Source: Desulfocapsa sulfexigens DSM 10523 | GTDB lineage: Bacteria > Desulfobacterota > Desulfobulbia > Desulfobulbales > Desulfocapsaceae | Assembly: GCF_000341395.1 (NCBI RefSeq) | Contig: NC_020304.1 | Location: forward strand, 3,900,001 to 3,932,000 | Reading direction: 5' to 3' | Length of the DNA: 32,000 bases | Part shown: positions 18,403 to 26,200 of the stretch, piece after piece | Layout: each line of letters begins with the position of its first letter | How positions within the stretch are numbered: position 1 is the stretch's first letter | Translations under genes and position numbers: made by a program | Notes under the pieces: model-generated | Told to the model about the DNA's origin: nothing | The model's input: the letters and a program-made list of their open reading frames with translations, nothing else | Databases searched by the model: none

Positions 18403-20582
18403 GTGATGATTTTCTAAAAAAAAGCAGCTTGCTGCAAAGCAGGATCGAACCCTATGGCTGGCTTTCCAAAACCGGCCTGCCTTCGCCCTTCGCCTCATGT
18501 GTGGCACCGCTCCTCACTGCTCTTTCCTGGAACGGAGAAGTGCATCAGATCTGTGAATCCCTGCCCCACTACCCTGACCAGATCGACCGAGTGGATTTCA
18601 TTAACACCATGGCAAATCTGAATTATCAGATTCAACATGCCAGCGTAAAACAATTAACAGGTTTTGATGCACGCCTTGCCCCCTGCCTCGTTGTTGTCAA
18701 TGAGGGGGGAGACCAAGAGATCCCTTATATTGTCTTTAGCGACTCAAAAAGTACTCTCCACGCCTTCGATGGAAAAAGTCAGGAATGTGTTCCCTTTACT
18801 ACAATCACAAAAAGCAGTGGAACAATTTACACTTTTCAGGCCCTCGATGAGAATGGACTGGATAAAAACAAACTGAACCAGCAGGTCCATGAAAAACCGA
18901 GCCGCTGGGCCCGGTTTCTGGGCAGCCGCTTTACTCCTGTCTTCAAGCAGATATTTGTTTCAAGTTTTGTGATCAATCTGCTGGCCCTTGTATCATCACT
19001 TTTTGTCATGGCCGTATATGACAAAGTAATCGGCAACAATTCCCCTGACACCTTGTATTTCTTAGCAATTGGTGCACTTATGGCCATAGGTTTCGAGTCT
19101 TTGCTTCGCTACCTGCGCGCAAGAAGTCTTGCCTTTTTCGGGGTTCGCCTTGACTCCATTATCACCCAATCCATTTTTGAGCGTCTCCTGTATCTTCCAC
19201 CCCGTATCGTGGAAAGTTCATCCATTCCGGCACAGATTGCCCGCCTGAAAGATTTCGACTCCGTCCGTAATTTCTTCTCAGGCCCCGTGGGGACGAATCT
19301 GGTTGAAATTCCCTTTACCCTGATTTTTATTTTCACCATTTATTTTATCGGAGGACCACTGGTACGCATTCCCATTCTTCTGGCGCTTTTTTATTCTTTA
19401 CTCGGGTTCATCATGCTTCCCCGGATTCAGAACTGCACTGAAGAGGGAGCCGTTGCCAGCGTTCAGCGACAGACGCTCATGGTGGAAACCATGCAGAAAT
19501 TCAGACCTATCCGTATCCATGGCGCCATGGATACCTGGTTTGAGCGCTTCAGGAAACTCTCGGGTATCTCAGCATACACCTCCTTTAAAAGCTCCCAGCA
19601 GACAGCATTTGTGGAAGCAATTGCCTACGGACTTTCGGTCGGAGCGGGTGTAGGTACTCTGGTTTACGGTATCTTTCTGGTCTGGGAACAACAAATCACA
19701 ACAGGTGCACTTATTGCCAGTATGATGCTGGTATGGCGAGTTATTTCTCCCCTGCAATCCATCTGCAACTCTCTGGTGCGTATTCGTTATATTTTCCGCA
19801 GCGTGGGTCAGGTGCACAAACTCTTGCGCTCGGCCCCTGAAAACAGTACTACCCTTTCTGATCAACCATTCACTATCACCGGAAATATTTCATTCAGTGG
19901 CGTGGGCCTGCGCTATACTGCAGATCGAGGAGCAGTCTTCAGCGGAATGACGCTCAACATCAAGGCAGGTGAAGTTGTTGCCGTGGCAGGTCCCAGCGGC
20001 TCCGGGAAATCATCTCTGCTGAAAATCATTATAGGCCTCTATCCACCGCAGATGGGTGCAGTACTGATAGATGGGCTTGATATACGACAACGGGACCCCA
20101 TAGCACTGAGGCGAAATATTGCCTATACCCCGCAAACACCGGAGCTTTTTCACGGCTCAATCGAACAAAACCTGCGCATGTGTAAACCCGACGCAACCCC
20201 TGAAGAACTCAACAACTGTTTATACCTTGCAGGGGCACTCGACGATGTCAATCACTTTGAAGAAGGTATCTCGTACTTTATTGGAGACTACAAATCTGAA
20301 CAACTCTCCACCACCCTCACCTATCAGTTAACACTGGCACGCACCTACCTAAGGGATGCATCTATCTTTTTATTTGATGAAATGCCGCCAACACTTCTAG
20401 GAAAAAAAACCGGCATATTTTTCCGTGAATTCTTGCAGAACAACCGGGGCAGCAAAACCATGCTCTATGTAACGGACCACGAAGAAGACATACTCAAGGC
20501 TGACAAATTAATCTATCTGACCGGAACCGGTCAGGTGCTGATCGGAGATCCTGCCGAACTACTGACAGCTCTCAAAAAATAA
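18399..20582 (+). CDS. T1SS-type ABC permease/ATPase with N-terminal C39-like domain; canonical Walker A/B but degenerate signature motif
   Basis: It overlaps the upstream ABC gene by ATGA. The N-terminal ~160 aa resemble a C39 peptidase-like domain (SCVAPLLTALSWNGEVHQICESLPH...). Walker A GPSGSGKSS (19989-20015), Q-loop YTPQTPELF and Walker B IFLFDE (20364-20381) are canonical. The signature position reads LSTTLTYQLTLAR (20304 onward). Confidence 0.85.
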   Translation: MSDDFLKKSSLLQSRIEPYGWLSKTGLPSPFASCVAPLLTALSWNGEVHQICESLPHYPDQIDRVDFINTMANLNYQIQHASVKQLTGFDARLAPCLVVVNEGGDQEIPYIVFSDSKSTLHAFDGKSQECVPFTTITKSSGTIYTFQALDENGLDKNKLNQQVHEKPSRWARFLGSRFTPVFKQIFVSSFVINLLALVSSLFVMAVYDKVIGNNSPDTLYFLAIGALMAIGFESLLRYLRARSLAFFGVRLDSIITQSIFERLLYLPPRIVESSSIPAQIARLKDFDSVRNFFSGPVGTNLVEIPFTLIFIFTIYFIGGPLVRIPILLALFYSLLGFIMLPRIQNCTEEGAVASVQRQTLMVETMQKFRPIRIHGAMDTWFERFRKLSGISAYTSFKSSQQTAFVEAIAYGLSVGAGVGTLVYGIFLVWEQQITTGALIASMMLVWRVISPLQSICNSLVRIRYIFRSVGQVHKLLRSAPENSTTLSDQPFTITGNISFSGVGLRYTADRGAVFSGMTLNIKAGEVVAVAGPSGSGKSSLLKIIIGLYPPQMGAVLIDGLDIRQRDPIALRRNIAYTPQTPELFHGSIEQNLRMCKPDATPEELNNCLYLAGALDDVNHFEEGISYFIGDYKSEQLSTTLTYQLTLARTYLRDASIFLFDEMPPTLLGKKTGIFFREFLQNNRGSKTMLYVTDHEEDILKADKLIYLTGTGQVLIGDPAELLTALKK

Positions 20583-20599
20583 CAGGTAAGCAAACCATC

Positions 20600-21904
20600 A
20601 TGGCAAAAAAAACGAAACATGATAACAACCAGCAGCTTCGGCTTCTCGGGCTCACAGCAGTACTTGAAGAGGCGACCACTCCGTACCTGATCCGCACCTC
20701 AACCCTTATTGTTTCAGTGGCATTTCTTTCCTTTCTGGTCTGGACAGGTTTTGCTAAAATCAAAGAAGTGGCAAGAACCGTAGGAGAGATCGTACCATCC
20801 GGTCACATTCAGGTCATTCAGCACCTTGAGGGAGGGATCGTTGATGAAATTCTTGTGGAGGAGGATGACCTCGTCAATCCCGGCCAGGTTTTGCTGCGAA
20901 TTCGTGGAGAATCCATAAAAGCCGATCGCGCCCGCCTAGTCACCAGAAAGAACCTTCTCGAACAACGTCATGCCCGTCTCACTGCATTTCTAAACGACAA
21001 GACCCCTTCTGATCCTTCTCACTCGGACAATGCTATCCTCTCTGGAATGTTCCTTGCTCAAAACGACGAGATTCAGGTATTAAAAGAACAGATTGTTCAG
21101 AAAAATGAACAAATAAGTCTCCTCAAACGTGAACAGGCAACCATCCTGAAAAATCTTTCAATTGCCAAAGAATCTTTCGAGACTCAAAAAAAACTTTATG
21201 AGGAACGATTAGTTCCCCAAACGAACTACCTCAATGCTCTGCAGGAAATCAATGCCCGAAAAGGACAGCTCGATGCCATGGTTATCCAGATCAGACAGGC
21301 TGAACAGGCAGTTAAAGAGTTTGAGTGGCGCCTCCAGTCACAGGGTTCCAAAAGCAAGGATAATGTTCTGCAACAATTAGCTGTACTTGAGGATGACCTT
21401 GCAGAAAACAAGGATTTAATTGAAAAACTCAATCAGCAAATCAGTCGTCTGGAACTCAAATCTCCTACCTATGGTCTTGTCAAAGGACTCGAGATCCATA
21501 CCATTGGAGGTATTATTCCACCTGGTCAATCCCTGATGGAAATAGTCCCCCTGGGTGAGGAACTGGTTGCAGAAGTCAAGGTGTCACCGAACGATATTGG
21601 CCATATAAAAACGGGTGACCATGTCACGGTAAAGGTGACTACTTTTGATTTTTCCCGCTACGGATCCATAGATGGTACATTAACCGCCCTATCAGCAACA
21701 ACATTCACAAACCCACAGGGAACACCGTATTATAAAGGTATGATAAAACTTAGTAAACACTATGTTGGAAATGACCCAGAGATGAACAAGGTTCTCCCCG
21801 GTATGATAGTCAATGCAGATATTATCACCGGTGAAAAAAGCCTGCTTGCCTACTTATTAAAGCCTATTCACCGCTCGTTGAATTCGGCATTTATCGAACG
21901 CTGA
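20600..21904 (+). CDS. HlyD-family type I secretion periplasmic adaptor (membrane fusion protein)
   Basis: It has one N-terminal TM helix, a lipoyl-like segment (GHIQVIQHLEGGIVDEILVEEDDLV), a long coiled-coil and a C-terminal beta-barrel ending ...GEKSLLAYLLKPI, which is typical of HlyD/PrtE proteins. Confidence 0.88.
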   Translation: MAKKTKHDNNQQLRLLGLTAVLEEATTPYLIRTSTLIVSVAFLSFLVWTGFAKIKEVARTVGEIVPSGHIQVIQHLEGGIVDEILVEEDDLVNPGQVLLRIRGESIKADRARLVTRKNLLEQRHARLTAFLNDKTPSDPSHSDNAILSGMFLAQNDEIQVLKEQIVQKNEQISLLKREQATILKNLSIAKESFETQKKLYEERLVPQTNYLNALQEINARKGQLDAMVIQIRQAEQAVKEFEWRLQSQGSKSKDNVLQQLAVLEDDLAENKDLIEKLNQQISRLELKSPTYGLVKGLEIHTIGGIIPPGQSLMEIVPLGEELVAEVKVSPNDIGHIKTGDHVTVKVTTFDFSRYGSIDGTLTALSATTFTNPQGTPYYKGMIKLSKHYVGNDPEMNKVLPGMIVNADIITGEKSLLAYLLKPIHRSLNSAFIER

Positions 21905-21959
21905 CAAGCCAGGATAGCACTCCATTTTAATTTTAATTTAAAAAAAATCTCAAAATCAT

Positions 21960-22898
21960 ATGACTATCACACAGGATGCTCCTCTTTCAATACTTGCCGT
22001 AGATGACAATCCAACCACACTACGCCTCCTCGAAACCATGCTGAAGCGTAATAAATTCGATGTTCGCACTGCCGTAAATGGAGTCGAAGCCATGGCTGTT
22101 CTCAGCGAGTCTCATGACACCATTGACATTATTCTTCTTGACAGAATGATGCCTGAGATGGACGGAATCGAAGTCTGTAATGCCATGAAGGCGGATGAAA
22201 ATCTACGCCACATCCCCATTATAATGCAAACCGCAGCGGACCGCCCTGAAGAGATCAGTGAAGGAATTGCAGCCGGAGTCTTTTATTATCTCACCAAGCC
22301 ACTGAATGTTGAAATGCTGCTCTCAATTGTTGAGGCTGCAGGAAAGCAGATCCGCCGCCACAGACAGTTGCGCCACGAAATGGAACGACGCAAAATCAGT
22401 TTTGGTCTTGTTCAGATTCTGAAATGTACCTTCAGGACATTGGATGAAGCCGAAGGACTTTCCATATTTTTGGCAAACTATTTTGATGATCCCGACAGGA
22501 CCCTCACCGGTATTTCAGAGCTTCTGGTAAATGCGGTGGAACACGGAAACCTTGGTATCAGCTATGCGGAGAAAAGTGAACTGGTGGCAGAAAAAAAATG
22601 GCAAAACGAGATCAACAACCGCCTCAACGATCCACGCTATGGAGATCGAAGGGTAACTGTGATATTTGAACGTAAGGAAAAAGCCTGCTATATCCAGATT
22701 ACCGACGAAGGGGATGGCTTTGACTGGAAGCAATACATGGAGGTTGATCCCTCACGTGCCATGCACAATCACGGTCGTGGAATTGCCATGGCCAACATGC
22801 TCTGTTTTAACAAACTGGTATACAATGAGAAAGGAAATCAGGTTACCGGAATAATAGAAAGCGATACAAGAGAGGATAAAGACGATTTTTGGGATTGA
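21960..22898 (+). CDS. response-regulator receiver fused to a GHKL ATPase/kinase domain (RsbW/SpoIIAB-like)
   Basis: The REC domain has all key residues (VDDNP, LLDRMMPEMDG, MQTAA, TKP). The C-terminal half has an N-box ELLVNAVEHGN, a G1 box ITDEGDGFD and a G2 box GRGIAMA. Confidence 0.8.
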   Translation: MTITQDAPLSILAVDDNPTTLRLLETMLKRNKFDVRTAVNGVEAMAVLSESHDTIDIILLDRMMPEMDGIEVCNAMKADENLRHIPIIMQTAADRPEEISEGIAAGVFYYLTKPLNVEMLLSIVEAAGKQIRRHRQLRHEMERRKISFGLVQILKCTFRTLDEAEGLSIFLANYFDDPDRTLTGISELLVNAVEHGNLGISYAEKSELVAEKKWQNEINNRLNDPRYGDRRVTVIFERKEKACYIQITDEGDGFDWKQYMEVDPSRAMHNHGRGIAMANMLCFNKLVYNEKGNQVTGIIESDTREDKDDFWD

Positions 22899-23071
22899 GA
22901 TGAAGCCCATTTCACTTTCGTAATCTGGAGTACAGAACCTTCTAGGTATTTGCCTAGGTGTTTTGCCTAGGATACGGCTAATCACCTAAAAATACATGGA
23001 CATTGCATTCATTCCTTTCACAAGAAACAACGGAACGCTTATTGCATCACCCAACCTGTAACCACAACAAC

Positions 23072-23153
23072 TGATAGCAGTTTGCCAAACTCATCGTAAG
23101 GTGAGGACGGAAAGCCACGGGTCCTTTAGAGGATAGCCGGGTTGCCAGCATCA
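23072..23153 (+). promoter_or_regulatory. candidate GEMM-I (cyclic-di-GMP-I / cyclic-dinucleotide) riboswitch aptamer in the leader of the giant gene
   Basis: Manual comparison with the Vc2 aptamer as I remember it. The elements occur in the same order: a GCCAAA junction, a 6-bp hairpin CTCATC-GTAA-GGTGAG with a GNRA loop, GACGGAAAGCC (one mismatch to the conserved GACGCAAAGCC), a second hairpin CGGGTCC-TTTAGA-GGAT(AG)CCG, and TAGCCGGGTTGCC (Vc2 has UAGCGGGGUUACC). Confidence 0.5.
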
Positions 23154-23174
23154 AGGGGTAACCCGGTTTTTTTT
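23137..23174 (+). terminator. rho-independent terminator overlapping the 3' strand of the candidate aptamer (expression platform)
   Basis: CCGGGTTGCC (23137-23146) pairs with GGTAACCCGG (23157-23166) to form a 10-bp stem containing one G-U pair. The loop is 10 nt, and T8 follows at 23167-23174, about 46 nt upstream of the ATG at 23221. Confidence 0.75.
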
Positions 23175-23220
23175 GTGTTCGCCATACTGTTTATCCAAAA
23201 AATAGAGTATCGGAGTCCTT

Positions 23221-26200
23221 ATGTCTTCAGAGAACAATCCAGTTAGCTCTTCTTCCAGCCCCATTGGCAATTCAACAGAGAATACTCAACAGGACTGGAT
23301 GGATCTTGACCAGCAGGGAGTAGCAGGAGAAACCCTTAAGGCAAAGAAATGGACGACCCAGCGACGCCTTGTCGACGATGCATCCTATCAAGGCAACATT
23401 CATACAGGAACTGAAGCGACTACTGAGCTGAATAAAAGCGACACTCTCTCCGGGGATGCCCTGAACTATCAGTCAATTGCTAATGAAGGTAAAGAGACAC
23501 AGGACAACAACGGCCCAGAGGAATTTTCAGACGAATCCCAACGGGGCTTATCACCCGACATGGATTCCCTGAACAGAACCGACACACCATCGGCCACATC
23601 TGCAGCATACGAACATACGACTGAAGCTGAAAGTCTTGTTACATCCAGCGGAAGTGACACACTGAAATTTGAAGAACATATTGATGAAGCCAAATCACAT
23701 GGACGCACTGCGACTGAAAACAAATCTACAACACGATTGGCCCAGCCTGCAGCAACAGAAACGCCTCCGGAAGATCTCCCCCTGGAGAATAGCAGTCAGG
23801 AAAGGAACACAGCCACCGTATCGGAGTTACAGCAGAAATCAGAGATTAGTGACGCTGTTGATCCCTCCACACAAACACCCACCACAGCTCCTGGATCTGC
23901 CCCTGAACCTGTACCTGACCATGAAATAATCACAGAAAGTAGTGCATCCGCGCCTATTTTGACCACAGCTGATGCTATCGGTGTCGAAGATACAATGATA
24001 GCAATTGATATTTCAAGTCAGCTTACAGACACCGACGGTTCAGAATCCCTTGCTATCACCATAGGCGGTGTTCCTGAAGGAGCATTCCTTTCAGCCGGTA
24101 CAAGCCTTGGTAATGGAGAATGGCAGCTCACTCCGGATCAGCTCGAAAATCTCAGCCTGACACCACCTGCCAATAGCGACGAAGACTTCAGTCTTACGGT
24201 CACCGCAACCAGCACAGAAAGCCATGGCGGTCAGCAAAACTCCAGATCTGAAATCATCGATTTTTTTATAGAAGCTGTTCCCGACACGCCAGAGCTAACA
24301 ACTGTCGCCGCAACCGGCACAGAAGACACGGCAATTACCCTCGACATCAGCACTGCTCTCACCGAGCTTGATGGTTCAGAAATACTCTCAGCAATCACAC
24401 TATCAGGCCTTCCTGAAGGTTCCATTGTATCCGCCGGAACACAAAACATTGATGGTTCCTGGAGTGTTGCACAAGACGACCTTGAAGGACTACAGCTCAC
24501 TCCACCAAAAGATTATTCCGACAATTTTGAAATCAATTTGTCGGTCACGGCAACCGATTCCAATGGTTCCACTTCAACCAGCACTGCAGTCCTTCCAGTC
24601 ACTATCACAGCAGCGCCCGACGAAGCAGTTATCAGTGGTAGTGGAGCTATACTTGCCGAAGATACCCTTCAAACAGCGTCAGGTCAGTTGACTGTTGTTG
24701 ATCCCGACGCAGATGAGGCCCACTTTACCGCTGAAACGATTGAAGGAACATACGGTTTTCTTGACGTTGCGACAGACGGATCGTGGACATACAATCTCAA
24801 CAACGACGCTGACACAGTGCAGCAGCTCGGTACTGGTGATACTGTTACCGATACCCTCACGGTAACTTCTGCTGATGGCAGTACCCATGATCTGGTCATG
24901 ACCATAACCGGTACAAATGACGCCATTAGCGTAGTGTCAGATAGCAACACAGCACCAAACACTATTATGGAGAATGCCGCAGACGGCACAGAAATCCACC
25001 TCTCTGGACTGGCAACCGATGCAGATGGAGACGCCATACTCTATACACTCGTAGATGATCAAGGAAATGAAATCACCAATGGTCCATTTAGTATTAATAG
25101 AGAAAGTGGCGTTGTTACTCTTCAGGATCGTAGCCTGATAGACTACGAAACTGAAAGCAGTCACACCCTGCATATCCAGGCAAGCAGTGCAGACGGCACC
25201 TCGAGCACCAGTGATTTCCAGGTACAGATTGAAGATGTTGACATTATCAAAACAACCGATCTTGGTGGTGATGTAAATGGCACTGCTGTTACCTTTACAG
25301 TAACAGGAGATCATTACGACCCAAAAAACATTCAAGATGTAGGTGCCGGATCCCCCCACTACCGTATCAGGGTCAACGGCGAACCTCTGGAAATTGACGG
25401 CCAGAACACTTTTTCAGTTGAAGCCAACCGTGGCCATATTGAAGATAACCATGTTGTCCGAGACGGAAATGATGTGGAACTGGTGACTTTCAGGGTACCC
25501 CAAGGAACTGATGTCGATTCTGTTTCAATTGAATTCATTAACGATGCCTATGATACCTCCAGTGACAGGGATGGTGACGGAATCACCACCGAAGATCGAA
25601 ACCTTGTAGTAAAAGAGTTGAATATCGGAGGCACTGTCAACGATGACGGAAGTATTGACGGAGGCACGACCTTGCAGGCTGAGGATATCGAAGTGTCCCA
25701 ATACATTGCCAGTAATGGTGCTGACGTCTCTGGACGCGAAGTTATGCCATGGCAGGGAAGCATGACCTTTTATCCGGATGGTGTGCCACAGGAAGCACCC
25801 ATATTGGTCGATGATAACGCAAATATTTCAGAAGACAGTGCTGTAGTTCTTACAGGCAATATTTTATCCAATGATACCGATGCAAACAACGGGAGCAACT
25901 TCAGTGTGACTGGATTATCTGGAGTCACTGTTCTCCAGGATAATTTCGATGATGGCAATGCTGATGGCTGGGTAGAAATCAGTTCCAATGGCGCTGATAC
26001 TGATAGATGGCAGGTAGTTGACGGGGCTATTGGTGAAAAAAGCAACTCAGCAAAGGGAATCATGGCCCATGACATGGGGGATTCTGCCGACAGCACCAAT
26101 TACGAGGTATCAGTTGATATACATGCCAATGCCGGGGATACGTACAATAACAATGTTGGCCTTACCTTTGGTTATGAAGACAATGCCAATTATTACATGA

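Noticed and set aside
22995-23012. TGGACATTGCATTC as a sigma-54 promoter for the giant gene
   Set aside because: The GG and GC elements are only 5 nt apart instead of 10. With the alternative register the -12 element is TTCA. It does not fit the consensus geometry.
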